DNA of 64,000 nt from Actinomycetota bacterium (GTDB lineage: Bacteria; Actinomycetota; Actinomycetes; Actinomycetales; Dermatophilaceae), in contig JAIUNK010000011.1 in assembly GCA_020161845.1 (NCBI GenBank), positions 41,669 to 105,668 on the forward strand, read 5' to 3'. Below, one piece after another: positions 40,420 to 49,953 of the stretch. Positions within the stretch are counted from its first letter, which is position 1. Each line of letters starts with the position of its first letter. The notes beneath the pieces are model-generated. The model was not told the origin of the DNA and made no database searches. It saw nothing but the letters and a program-made list of their open reading frames with translations. The translations under genes and the position numbers were made by a program.

Positions 40420-42122
40420 CAGAACAGCCCTCCCTGACGCGAGTCGTCCGCGGTGGCCCGGCCCCGGCCGGGGCCGGTGAGCGGCCGGTCCGGGCGGCCC
40501 TCGGGAACCATGTCGATGGCGTGCACGGGACACTGCTCATAGCAGGTGCCGCAGCCGGTGCACTTGTCGTAGTTGTAGCGGTAGCGGTGCCCGCGGCCCA
40601 GCTTGATGACCGCGTCCTCCGGGCAGGCGCCCAGGCAGCCGTCGCACTCGATGCAGTTCCCGCAGGACAGGCAGCGCTGCGCCTCGAAGGCGGCCTGCTC
40701 CGCATCGAGACCGCCGACGATCTCGTCGAAGGCGCTGACCCGGGCGTCGGGATCGAGCTCGGGTTGGGTGCGCCGGGTGAAGTCGCCGAAATACCACAGG
40801 TGCAGGTCGTCCAGCCCCACGACGGGGTGCTTCGGCGGCTTGTTGTCCGTGGTCGAGTTGAGCCAGGCGTCGATGTTGCGGGCGGCCCGCTTGCCGTGCC
40901 CCACGCCGATCGTGACGGTGCGTTCGGACGGTACGGCGTCGCCGCCGGCGAAGATTCCCGGCACGTCGGTCATCAGCGACGTCGGATCGACCTGGACCAC
41001 GTCGCCGTCGAAGCGCATCCCGGGGATGGACCTCAGGAAGTCGCTGTCGGTCTCCTGGCCCAGGGCGAGGATGACCGTATCGGCCGCGAGCTTCTCGTAG
41101 CGGCCCGTGCCGCGCGGCGTACCGTTCTCGTCAAGCTCCATCACCTCCACGGTCAGGTCGTCGTCGACCTCGGTGATGGTGCGCAGCCAGTTCATCTTGA
41201 CGCCCTCGCGCTCGGCCTCGGCGGCCTCCTCGGCGTGGGCGGGCATCTGCTCGGCCGTCCGGCGATAGACAATCATCGTTTCCTGAGCCCCGAGTCGGCG
41301 GGCTACCCGGGCGGCGTCCATCGCGGTGTTGCCGCCGCCGTAGACCGCGACCCGTCGCCCCATCACCGGCCGCTCGCCGCTGGCCACCGTGCGCAGGAAG
41401 CTGACCGCGTCGACCACCTTCTCGGCGTCCCGGGCGGGCAGGTCGACCTTGCGGCTCAGGTGCGCGCCGATCGCCACGAAGACCGCGTCGAAGCCGCCCT
41501 CCTTCTGCTCGGCCAGCAGGTCCTTGACGGTGTGGTCCGTCACGATCCGCACGCCCATCGCGAGCAGCCGGGCCACCTCGCCGTCGATGACGTCCCGCGG
41601 TAGCCGGTATTCGGGGATGCCATAACGCATCATCCCGCCGGGTTCGGGGGAGGTGTCCCGGATCTCGACCTCGTGGCCCAACCGGGCCAGATGGTAGGCG
41701 GCCGACAGCCCCGACGGTCCGGCGCCGACGACGAGCACCTTGCGCCCCGAGGCCGGCGGCGGTGCCGGGAAGCGCCAGCCCTGCTCCAACGCCATGTCGC
41801 CCAGATAGCGCTCCACCCCGTGGATCGAGATGGCGCTGTCCAGGTCGGCCCGGTTGCACGCCGACTCGCACGGGTGATAGCAGACCCGGCCGTGAATCGC
41901 GGGGAAGGGGTTGTCCCGGGTCAGCTGCAGCCAGGCGGCCTGCGGATCACCGAGCTTGAGCAGCCGCAGCCACTCCTGGATGTTCTCCCCGGCCGGACAG
42001 GCGTTGTTGCAGGGCGGGAGCAGGTCCACGTAGACCGGCATCCGGGATCGAACCGGGGCGACCCGCCCCGCGGCCTGGCTGAGGTCCGGCAGCTTGGTGA
42101 TGTCGCGGCGTGCTTCGGGCAT
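40419..42122 (-). CDS. GltD/PreT-like FAD, NAD(P), Fe-S oxidoreductase with C-terminal 2x[4Fe-4S] domain
   Basis: PCNNACPAG, GRVCYHPCESAC, VVGAGPSGL, GGGNTAMD...YRR, CLSCGNCIECDGCLGACP, CTGCGTCYEQCP. Confidence 0.9.
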   Translation of the reverse strand: MPEARRDITKLPDLSQAAGRVAPVRSRMPVYVDLLPPCNNACPAGENIQEWLRLLKLGDPQAAWLQLTRDNPFPAIHGRVCYHPCESACNRADLDSAISIHGVERYLGDMALEQGWRFPAPPPASGRKVLVVGAGPSGLSAAYHLARLGHEVEIRDTSPEPGGMMRYGIPEYRLPRDVIDGEVARLLAMGVRIVTDHTVKDLLAEQKEGGFDAVFVAIGAHLSRKVDLPARDAEKVVDAVSFLRTVASGERPVMGRRVAVYGGGNTAMDAARVARRLGAQETMIVYRRTAEQMPAHAEEAAEAEREGVKMNWLRTITEVDDDLTVEVMELDENGTPRGTGRYEKLAADTVILALGQETDSDFLRSIPGMRFDGDVVQVDPTSLMTDVPGIFAGGDAVPSERTVTIGVGHGKRAARNIDAWLNSTTDNKPPKHPVVGLDDLHLWYFGDFTRRTQPELDPDARVSAFDEIVGGLDAEQAAFEAQRCLSCGNCIECDGCLGACPEDAVIKLGRGHRYRYNYDKCTGCGTCYEQCPVHAIDMVPEGRPDRPLTGPGRGRATADDSRQGGLF

Positions 42123-42240
42123 AGGGGCACCTCAGGCGAAGGAGGGCGGGTGACATTGCGCAGGCTAGCGCCCCCGGCGCTGCCGGACCCCGCCAATGTC
42201 CTACGAACTTCGCAGCGACCGCGGGCCGGCCGGGGCCGCG

Positions 42241-42621
42241 TCAGCGCCGATGCAACAGCGTCCGCACCGCGGCGAGCACGACCTGCGCGGCCTGGTCCGG
42301 CGCGCCGTCGGGCGGCGGCGGCGCCTCCAGGACGAACGCCGTGGCCGCGTTGAGCACGGCCTTCTGACCCGGGGTGAAATGCGGCCAGCCGGCCCGCAGC
42401 GCGGACAGGTCCCCGGCATGCGCCGAGACGGTGCTGACGACGAGTCCGGCGGCGATGTTCTGGCGCCGTACGGCGTCCATCAGCGTGTAGAGCTCCAGGC
42501 TCGCCGCTTCGTCCAGCGGCACCGCCCAGGAGCGCACCTGTTCCCACAGGCCACCCAGCTCGGTGGCGAACCGGCGCACGTCCGGATCGTCGGGCAACAC
42601 GGAGTCGTCCGTGGCCGTCAT
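42241..42621 (-). CDS. Hypothetical protein (126 aa)
   Basis: GGAGG SD before ATG 42621; helical globular-looking composition; no recognisable motif. Confidence 0.6.
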   Translation of the reverse strand: MTATDDSVLPDDPDVRRFATELGGLWEQVRSWAVPLDEAASLELYTLMDAVRRQNIAAGLVVSTVSAHAGDLSALRAGWPHFTPGQKAVLNAATAFVLEAPPPPDGAPDQAAQVVLAAVRTLLHRR

Positions 42622-42772
42622 CCCACCTCCTGAGTCGGCGCTCGGCGCCGTCCCGGGCGGCGTCGTCCTCATCCTTCGATTCGTCAGTTCGCGAGCTGTC
42701 GGGAGGGTTTTCCCTACCGCAACGCAGCCCCCTAGTGCTGGTAGGGGGGTGGCGATCATTAGTCTGAGAGAT

Positions 42773-43522
42773 GTGAGCGCAACCAGCAAGGTATCGGTGA
42801 TCGGCGCGGCGGGCCGGATGGGTACAACAGTGTGCACGGCCGTCCAGGAAGCCCCCGATCTGGAACTCGTCGGCCGCTTCGACGTGGGCGACGACCTGGG
42901 CGATCTGGGCGGCGCCGACGTCGTCGTCGAGTTCTCCGTGCCGGACTCCTCGCCGGGCAATGTCGCCCACTGCGTGTCCCGCGGGGTGCACGTGGTCGTC
43001 GGTACGACGGGCTGGGACGACACCCGGCTTGAGGCGCTGCGTGGGCAATTGGCGCAGGCGCCCGCCGGCACCGGCGTACTGATCGCGCCCAACTTCGCCA
43101 TCGGCGCCATCCTGATGATGACGTTCGCCCAGACCGCGGCGCGGTTCTACGAGTCGGTGGAGATCATCGAGCTGCACCATCCGAACAAGGTCGACGCGCC
43201 CTCCGGCACGGCCGCCCGGACCGCCCGGCTGGTCGCGCAGGCGCGCCAGGCCGCCGGTATGGGGCCGGTGCCGGACGCGACCAGCACCGATCCCGGGGGC
43301 GCCCGTGGGGCCGACGTGGACGGGATCCACGTGCACGGGGTGCGGTTGCGGGGCCTCGTCGCGCACCAGGAGGTGCTCTTCGGCACCGAAGGCGAGGGGC
43401 TGACCCTGCGGCACGACAGTTTCGACCGGGTCAGCTTCATGCCCGGGGTGCTTGCCGGGGTGCGCGGTGTCCGGTCGCATCCGGGCCTGACCATCGGACT
43501 GGAGCACTATCTCGGCCTCTGA
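42773..43522 (+). CDS. dapB: 4-hydroxy-tetrahydrodipicolinate reductase
   Basis: VIGAAGRMG, VVGTTG, APNFAIGA, IIELHHPNKVDAPSGTA, HDSFDR.SF. Confidence 0.96.
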   Translation: MSATSKVSVIGAAGRMGTTVCTAVQEAPDLELVGRFDVGDDLGDLGGADVVVEFSVPDSSPGNVAHCVSRGVHVVVGTTGWDDTRLEALRGQLAQAPAGTGVLIAPNFAIGAILMMTFAQTAARFYESVEIIELHHPNKVDAPSGTAARTARLVAQARQAAGMGPVPDATSTDPGGARGADVDGIHVHGVRLRGLVAHQEVLFGTEGEGLTLRHDSFDRVSFMPGVLAGVRGVRSHPGLTIGLEHYLGL

Positions 43523-43528
43523 GGCGCC

Positions 43529-43549
43529 GTGCGCGGGCGGCCCGCGCAC
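43529..43549 (+). terminator. Hairpin after dapB
   Basis: GTGCGCGGG-CGG-CCCGCGCAC, 9-bp stem. Confidence 0.4.
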
Positions 43550-43856
43550 CAGAGCCTTCCTTTCGGCGCCGTGGGGGGCCCTCCGTCGCGCCTTTGGGCG
43601 CGTCTCGGCGCCCGCTGATCGGCTGCCCGGACCGCTGAACTCATGACCGCTTGGTCGGGAACTAATGCCCGCTCAGGCCCGCCAACTGCATGAACGGTGA
43701 CTCACCCCGGCGAAAGTGACGTGCAACACGACAGAACTGCTCAGCGCAGGGGGGCACTTGGTCCCATCCCGGACCCGCAAAAACGCGGAAGCCTTTGGGG
43801 CATCGAAAAGCCCGGAGACCCGGGTGTCTCGCACCGTCTTCGAGGAAGGCCCGTCC

Positions 43857-44495
43857 ATGTCCCACAACACCGTCGAGTCCCCGCCCGCCACCCCCGCCGT
43901 CGCTGCCGCCCCCTCCGTGCGGCAAGTCCTCATGGGCGATCCCGGCCCGCTCGGCACGGCAGCGTTCGCCCTCACGACGTTCGTGCTGTCCACGTTCAAC
44001 GCCGGACTGATGCCGCTGGCATTGGAGCCGGTCGTCTTCGGCCTGGCCTTCTTCTACGGCGGAATGGTGCAGATCTTCGCCGGCATCCTGGAGTTCTTCA
44101 AGAACAACACCCTCGGCGGCGTCGCCTTCTCGTCGTACGGCGCGTTCTGGATGGCCTTCTGGTATCTCAACACCAACACCACGTTCGCCGCCACCGTGTC
44201 GGCCACGGATAAGGCGCACGCCGTCGGTCTGTTCCTGCTCGGCTGGACGATCTTCACGGTGTACATGACGATCGCCGTGAGCAAGACGCACAATGCGCTG
44301 TTCTTCACCTTCGTCATCCTGACCGCTGCGTTCATCTTCCTGACCATCGGCAAGTTCACCGGCGCCTCGATCGCGACGACGCTGGGCGGTTGGTTCGGTT
44401 ACGGCGCCGCGTTCGGCGCCTGGTATTGCTCCTTCGCCGCGGTCTTCAACGCCACCGCCGGCAAGGCCGTCGTCCCGGTGTGGCCGCGCAGCTGA
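43857..44495 (+). CDS. satP: Acetate uptake transporter, GPR1/FUN34/YaaH family
   Basis: GDPGPLGTAAFALTTF (NPAPLGL-like motif), FYGG.VQ..AG..EF...NT.G...FSSYGAFW. Confidence 0.9.
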   Translation: MSHNTVESPPATPAVAAAPSVRQVLMGDPGPLGTAAFALTTFVLSTFNAGLMPLALEPVVFGLAFFYGGMVQIFAGILEFFKNNTLGGVAFSSYGAFWMAFWYLNTNTTFAATVSATDKAHAVGLFLLGWTIFTVYMTIAVSKTHNALFFTFVILTAAFIFLTIGKFTGASIATTLGGWFGYGAAFGAWYCSFAAVFNATAGKAVVPVWPRS

Positions 44496-44533
44496 CGCGA
44501 CGCCCTGCATAACCCGGCACAACGCACAACGCC

Positions 44534-44569
44534 CGAGGGGCGGGAGAGCCATCGCTCTCCCGCCCCTCG
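44534..44569. terminator. Bidirectional hairpin between convergent satP and ybdD
   Basis: CGAGGGGCGGGAGAGC-CATC-GCTCTCCCGCCCCTCG, perfect 16-bp stem. Confidence 0.75.
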
Positions 44570-44622
44570 TCGCTGTCTCGGCGGCGCCGGTCGGCTCCAC
44601 CGCTACGACATCGCGTGACCCG

Positions 44623-44832
44623 TCAACAACACCGGGTCTTGGGGTTGCGTTCCATGTCCTCGTACTTGTCCCGCCAGAACTGCCGCTCGGTCGGAACCTC
44701 GCAGTCGGGATGGTTGCGGCGCAGGTGCGCGACGTACCGCTCGTAGGCGTCGGCGCCTACCACGCCGTTCCAGAACCAGCGCAGATGCCCGGCCCCGCGC
44801 CGCAGCCGGCCGAGAACGTCAGAGGTCGTCAT
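44623..44832 (-). CDS. YbdD/YjiX-family CstA-associated small protein
   Basis: G..AYERYVAHLRRNHPD......FWR.K.....NPKTRCC; directly downstream of cstA. Confidence 0.9.
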   Translation of the reverse strand: MTTSDVLGRLRRGAGHLRWFWNGVVGADAYERYVAHLRRNHPDCEVPTERQFWRDKYEDMERNPKTRCC

Positions 44833-44837
44833 GGACG

Positions 44838-47129
44838 TCAATGGTGCGCCCTGATCGGTGTCGGGTCCAGCCCGGCCGCCTTCCACTCCTCCAGCACCTC
44901 TTGCTCCAGCGGGGTCGGGACGAACGCTGCCGGAGCGAAGATCCGAGACTGCTCGATCGGCGACTCCGCGGTCTCGGCCGTGTGTTGCTGGATCGCCCGC
45001 CAGCACACCCAGAGCGTGGTGAGGAAGACGATGAGGACCAGCCCGGCGTAGAGCACCGACAGGGTCTCCTGAATCACGGTGTTGCGGATGATCTTGTCCA
45101 GGTCATCCATCGTCTTGGCCCCACCGAATGTGACATTTCCGGCAGCCTTGGCGGCCACCGCCCGGTCGTGCAGTGCCCAGTAACCGATGGTGGGGTCAGA
45201 ACTGAAGATCTTCTGGAAGGACGCGGTCTGCGTGACGATCAACAGGAACACCAGGGGCACCCCGGGGATCCAGGCATAACGCGCCTTGCCGCTGCGCACC
45301 ACGATGCCGAATACGACGCACAGGGCGATGCAGGCGAGCAACTGGTTGGCGATGCCGAACAGCGGGAACAAGGTGCGAATGCCACCCAGCGGATCGGTCA
45401 CGCCCATGATCAAGAGGCCACCCCAACCGAGGACGACCACGAAGGAACACAGCCAAGCGCCCACCCGCCAGGACGGATCGGCGAACTTCTGCAGGCCCTC
45501 GTTCTTCAGGCCGCGGCCGAGCGCGCCGAGGAAGTCGCTGAACATGAAGCGCGCGACCCGGGTGCCGGCATCGATGGTGGTGAGGATGAACAGCGCCTCG
45601 AACATGACCGCAAAGTGATACCAGAACGCCTTGTTGCCGACGATCGACAGGATCGGGACCCGGTGCATCACTTCGGCCATCCCCATGGCCAGGGTCGGAG
45701 CGCCACCCGTGCGCGAGACGATCGAGTTCTCCCCGACGTCCTTGGCGGCCTGGGAGAACATGGTCGGGTCCACGGCCGGCAACGGCGTACCGTTCTGGGC
45801 CACCAAGTTCAGGCCGTTCGTATAGGCGGCGGCCTTCTCGGGGGTGCCGCCGGTGAGCGCGGCCGGAGCGTTCATCCCGAAGTAGAGGTGCTGGTCGAGG
45901 ATGGTCGCCGCGACCAGGGCCATGATCGCGACGAAGCTCTCGGTGAGCATGCCGCCGTAGCCGATGATCCGCGCCTGCCGCTCCTTCTCGATCAGCTTCG
46001 GGGTGGTTCCCGAGCTGATGAGGGCGTGGAAGCCGGAGATGGCGCCGCACGCAATCGTGATGAACAGGAACGGGAACAGGCTGCCGGCGAACGCCGGTCC
46101 CTTGCCATTGCTCGCGAACGCCGACACATCAGGCATCTGGACCGTGGGGCCCACGGCGACAATGCCCACGGCGAGCAACACGATGGTGCCGACCTTCATG
46201 AACGTCGACAGGTAATCGCGCGGGGCCAGCAGCAGCCATACCGGCAGGACCGATGCGGCGAAGCCGTAGATCATCAGGGCGATCCCGAGCGCCAATGGGG
46301 TGAGGATGAAGTAGTGCCCGAACGAGGAGTCGGCGACGTACTTGCCCGAGATGATCGCGAGCACGAGAAGGATGACGCCGATGATGGAGACCTCGTTGAC
46401 CTTTCCGGGCCGCAGGAATCGCAGATAGATGCCCATGAAGATCGCGATGGGGATGGTCAGCGCGATGGAGAAGGTCGCCCATGAGGATTCGGCGAGCGCG
46501 CCGATCATCACGACGCCGAGGACGGCGATCAGGATGATCATGATGGTGAGCACGCCGATGATGGCGGCCCAGCCGCCGATCGGACCGAGTTCATCGCGGG
46601 CCATCTGGCCGAGGGAGCGGCCATTCCGGCGCATGGAGAAGTGCAGCACCATGTAGTCCTGCACCGCTCCGGCGAAGATCACGCCGAAGATGATCCACAG
46701 GGTGCCGGGAAGGTATCCCATCTGGGCCGCCAGCACGGGGCCCACCAGGGGGCCCGCGCCGGAGATGGCCGCGAAGTGGTGCCCGTAGAGGACCCGTCGG
46801 TCCGTGGGCATGAAGTCCTTGCCGTTGTCGAACTTCTCGGCGGGCGTGGCCCGCCGGTCGTCCGGCTGCAGGATCTTGCGCTCGATGTATTTGGCGTAGA
46901 GCCGCAGCGCGATCAGGTAGCTCCCCACGGCTGCGAAGACGAACCAGCGGGAGTTGACCTCCTCGCCGCGGACCAGGGCGATCATCACCCAGCCCAGAGC
47001 GGCGAGGACGGCGCAGACCGCCAGGTAGATCTTGGTCTTCCCCGTCATCTGCGGGGATTCGTTGACGGCGATAGGGGGCAGGTCGGGATCGTTCCGGACC
47101 TTCCCCTCCACCGGGGTGGCGACGGACAT
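44838..47129 (-). CDS. cstA: Carbon starvation protein A / BtsT-family transporter
   Basis: RATPA....NG.DF.PTD..VLYGHHFAAISGAGPLVGP, ITIACGAISGFHALISSGTTPK, FGIANQLLA; AGGAG SD. Confidence 0.95.
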   Translation of the reverse strand: MSVATPVEGKVRNDPDLPPIAVNESPQMTGKTKIYLAVCAVLAALGWVMIALVRGEEVNSRWFVFAAVGSYLIALRLYAKYIERKILQPDDRRATPAEKFDNGKDFMPTDRRVLYGHHFAAISGAGPLVGPVLAAQMGYLPGTLWIIFGVIFAGAVQDYMVLHFSMRRNGRSLGQMARDELGPIGGWAAIIGVLTIMIILIAVLGVVMIGALAESSWATFSIALTIPIAIFMGIYLRFLRPGKVNEVSIIGVILLVLAIISGKYVADSSFGHYFILTPLALGIALMIYGFAASVLPVWLLLAPRDYLSTFMKVGTIVLLAVGIVAVGPTVQMPDVSAFASNGKGPAFAGSLFPFLFITIACGAISGFHALISSGTTPKLIEKERQARIIGYGGMLTESFVAIMALVAATILDQHLYFGMNAPAALTGGTPEKAAAYTNGLNLVAQNGTPLPAVDPTMFSQAAKDVGENSIVSRTGGAPTLAMGMAEVMHRVPILSIVGNKAFWYHFAVMFEALFILTTIDAGTRVARFMFSDFLGALGRGLKNEGLQKFADPSWRVGAWLCSFVVVLGWGGLLIMGVTDPLGGIRTLFPLFGIANQLLACIALCVVFGIVVRSGKARYAWIPGVPLVFLLIVTQTASFQKIFSSDPTIGYWALHDRAVAAKAAGNVTFGGAKTMDDLDKIIRNTVIQETLSVLYAGLVLIVFLTTLWVCWRAIQQHTAETAESPIEQSRIFAPAAFVPTPLEQEVLEEWKAAGLDPTPIRAHH

Positions 47130-47487
47130 TGTCGGCTCCTGAAATCGGTGCTGGGACACGGGAAAGATACCCATCCGATTTGACTTGGGGAAGCAGGCTC
47201 GCAGGACTGCCGGGTCTTCGTTGCGCAGTGGTGACCTGCGCAAACCTTCGCTTCCTCGGATGGGTCTTCGAGTTCTCGTGATCGCCTGGGTCGATGGCCT
47301 AGTGATTGTATACGGGTCGTACGCGCGAATGTGCCGGGTTTATTCACTTTCCCTGGCGGTGTTGTGGAATGACACGAATAGTGACCGTTGGCCTCGCCAG
47401 AGCCGCCGCTCGGCCCGCCCTGGCGCCGTTCGGCCCGCGCCGCCGCCGCTCGGCACAGGTCCGGTTATGCCCGCCTCGCGCTTTGGC

Positions 47488-47802
47488 TCAGCCCCAGCCG
47501 AGCGCGCGCAGGCCCGCGGCGACGCCCGCCGCGAGAACGACGACCACCAGGAACGGTGCCCGCAGCGCCAGCGCGACCAGGGCCACGGCCACGGCCACCG
47601 CCCGGGCATCCAGTACGAGCGCGCCCGCCGGCCCGGTGACCGTCTGGGTCACCACCAGGCCGGCCAGCAGGGCGACCGGCAGCAGCGCGACAAGGCGCGA
47701 GACATACCACCCGTCCAGGAGGTGCCGCGGCACGACGTACCCGGCCAGTTTGAGCGCGAATCCGGCCGCAGCCGCGGCGAGCACCGTCGGCCACGCACTC
47801 AT
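47488..47802 (-). CDS. azlD: AzlD-family branched-chain amino acid exporter small subunit
   Basis: KLAGY..P...L....V.R....LPVALLAGL; ATGA overlap with azlC. Confidence 0.85.
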   Translation of the reverse strand: MSAWPTVLAAAAAGFALKLAGYVVPRHLLDGWYVSRLVALLPVALLAGLVVTQTVTGPAGALVLDARAVAVAVALVALALRAPFLVVVVLAAGVAAGLRALGWG

Positions 47803-48533
47803 CGCGCGTCCTCCTCGGCGGTGGCGGCGTTCCCGGCGGGCGGCGGTTCGGGGGAGGACGGTGCCGCAGCGGTACGTCGTGCGCCGGGCCAGCCGGCGAC
47901 GACGGCGGCGGCCAGCGCTGCCACCAGCACGGGGACCCCGGCCGGCGTATGCGGCATGGCCACCAGGGTCAGGACGACCGCGATCACGGCGGTGGCCTGC
48001 GCCTCGCGGCGACGCAACCGGGGCCACAGCAAGGCGCAGAACGCTCCTGCGGCCGCGGCGTCCAGACCCCAGGTCCGCGGGTCGCCGAGGGTGTTGCCGA
48101 CCAGAGCTCCCGCCAGCGTCATGAGGTTCCAGAAGACGAACACCGCCACCCCGGTGAGCCAGAACCCGCGGCGGGCGTCGCCGCGGCCGCTCTGCGCCAT
48201 GGCGACCGCGGTGGACTCGTCGATGGTCAGGTGCGCGGCGGCCACCCGGCGCCAGCCGTGGAAGCCCAGCTCACGGGAGAGCTCCAGGCCGTACAGGCCG
48301 TTGCGGATGCCGAGCAGGCTGCTGGTCGCCACGGCGGTCGAGCCCAACCCTCCCGCGCCCAGGATGCCGACCACCGCGAACTGCGAGCCGCCGGTGAACA
48401 GCAGCGCGGACAGCGCCTGGGTCTGCCACAGATCGAGCCCGGCGGCCACCGAGAGAGCGCCGAAGCTCAGGCCGTAGGCGCCGGTAGCCACGCCGACCGA
48501 GAGGGACTGTCGGGCGACGGCGTCCAGCCGCAT
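47799..48533 (-). CDS. azlC: AzlC-family permease
   Basis: YGLSFGAL...AG......LSALLFTGGSQF, RNGLYG, HLTIDESTA, GLDAAAAGAF. Confidence 0.9.
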   Translation of the reverse strand: MRLDAVARQSLSVGVATGAYGLSFGALSVAAGLDLWQTQALSALLFTGGSQFAVVGILGAGGLGSTAVATSSLLGIRNGLYGLELSRELGFHGWRRVAAAHLTIDESTAVAMAQSGRGDARRGFWLTGVAVFVFWNLMTLAGALVGNTLGDPRTWGLDAAAAGAFCALLWPRLRRREAQATAVIAVVLTLVAMPHTPAGVPVLVAALAAAVVAGWPGARRTAAAPSSPEPPPAGNAATAEEDAR

Positions 48534-49159
48534 CACGCCTCGTCGACCCCGCTGTCGCGCGACTCGTCGCCGGCCGGCGACCGGTCGGTGACCCGCGGGG
48601 CGGCGGCAGGATCCGGCGCGATGGAGGCCGCGAACCGTGCTTCCAGCACCGTCCGGCCGTCGGGGTCGACGATGCGCTCGCGGCGCGCCCGATCCGGGCC
48701 GAAACCCGCCCCCTGGAGGAAGGTCCGGGTTCGCTCGTGGGAGACCAGGACCCAGGCGGTGAGCAGCCCCGCCCCGCGGTCCCGGGCCAGATCGGTCGCG
48801 GCGGCCAGCAGCCGGCTGCCATGCCCGGCGCCGCGCCGGTGCACGGCCACGCCGCCGACGAGCAGTTCGACGGCGCCGGCACCGGCTAGGTCGGGATCCT
48901 CGCTGGGACCGAGCGCGACCAGGCCGACGACGTCGCCTCCCGCGTGGGCCAGCAGCAGCGCGTGATCGGGCTGGGTCGGTGGGGTCAGCGACGCGCGCCA
49001 TGCGGCGGCGAACGCCTCGGCGGTGCTCACGGCCAAGGCCTGCGGGGGAAGGTCGTCGGCGTAGGCGTCCCGCCAGAGCTCTGCCTGGATCCGGCCGACC
49101 GTCTCGGCGTCCCCGGCACCCGCCTGTCGGACGCCGACATCGCTGTGGATCCTGCTCAT
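48533..49159 (-). CDS. GNAT-family acetyltransferase
   Basis: W..AY...LP, HRRGAGHGSRLL, AWVL......RTFL...GF..D. Confidence 0.85.
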   Translation of the reverse strand: MSRIHSDVGVRQAGAGDAETVGRIQAELWRDAYADDLPPQALAVSTAEAFAAAWRASLTPPTQPDHALLLAHAGGDVVGLVALGPSEDPDLAGAGAVELLVGGVAVHRRGAGHGSRLLAAATDLARDRGAGLLTAWVLVSHERTRTFLQGAGFGPDRARRERIVDPDGRTVLEARFAASIAPDPAAAPRVTDRSPAGDESRDSGVDEA

Positions 49160-49431
49160 TCGCGCATCCTGTCAGACCGACTCGGCGGGCCGTGGCCGGG
49201 GTGGGATTTCAACCGGCGCGGCGGAATGTGATCGAGAGGGAGTCGCCGGGGGTGGCTCGGATCGGGCAGACTTCGGGTGGGAGGAGTATCCCGAGGCAGC
49301 TCGGGAGGTCGCCGGTGCGGCGCGTACCCGAGCCTGGGGGTCGGTTGGGGTGCGCGCCGCCTGGTGTGTCGCCCTGCAGTAGCGCCCGTGTGTCGCCCTG
49401 GCATGGCCCCCGTGCCCCGCGGTCAGCCGCC

Positions 49432-49953
49432 TCAGCGTCGTCGATAGGTCACGAAGGCGAACGCCCACCGGTCGTCGCGCTCCGCGACCCTCCAGTCGGT
49501 CGCGGGCAGCTCCGGAAACCGGGTGGCGCCATCGGCGGGCGCGTCGACCTCGGTGAGTTCGACCCGAGCGGCCGCCGGCAGCAGCGCCGCGTAGACCTCG
49601 CCACCGCCCAGGACCCAGATCTGTTCGCCGCCGGGGAGCCCCGCGGCGAGGTCGAGCGCCCGTTGCGGGTCGGCGGCGGCCGTCGCGCCCGAGGCCGACC
49701 AGCCGGCCCGACGGGTCAGCACGACGCTGGGCCGGCCCGGCAGGGCCGCGCCGATCGCGTCCCACGTGCGCCGGCCCATGATGACGGGATGGCCCCTGGT
49801 CAATCGCAGGAACCGGCGCAGATCCTCGCGCAGGTGCCAGGGCTGATCGGCGCCGTCACCGATCACGCCGTTGGCGGCCACCATGGCGATCAACGCCACC
49901 TCGCTCCCCGCGGGGGCGCTGGGGGATGCCGGAGGTGAGGCGGGCCCGGTCAT
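49432..49953 (-). CDS. folA: Dihydrofolate reductase
   Basis: IAMVAANGVIG, PWHLREDLRRF..LT.GHPVIMGRRTW, LPGR..VVLTR, VLGGGEVY, DGATRFP. Confidence 0.95.
   Translation of the reverse strand: MTGPASPPASPSAPAGSEVALIAMVAANGVIGDGADQPWHLREDLRRFLRLTRGHPVIMGRRTWDAIGAALPGRPSVVLTRRAGWSASGATAAADPQRALDLAAGLPGGEQIWVLGGGEVYAALLPAAARVELTEVDAPADGATRFPELPATDWRVAERDDRWAFAFVTYRRR

Noticed and set aside
35206-40437. 1743-aa plus-strand ORF and other long shadow ORFs (14159-17578, 27625-30633, 8329-11142, 51372-53885)
   Set aside because: They are antisense to well-conserved genes, have no motifs, and are expected from GC-rich codon bias.
44623-44640. Selenoprotein form of YbdD
   Set aside because: Both terminal Cys are TGT codons and the TGA follows the family-typical RCC end; no SECIS evidence.
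42563-47129. Loss of dapA from the genome
   Set aside because: Absence next to dapB or rnj in this window does not show absence elsewhere.
49170-49430. Possible element in the GNAT-folA gap (GTGTGTCGCCCTG x2)
   Set aside because: Only a short duplicated motif; no second copy or coherent structure found in the window.
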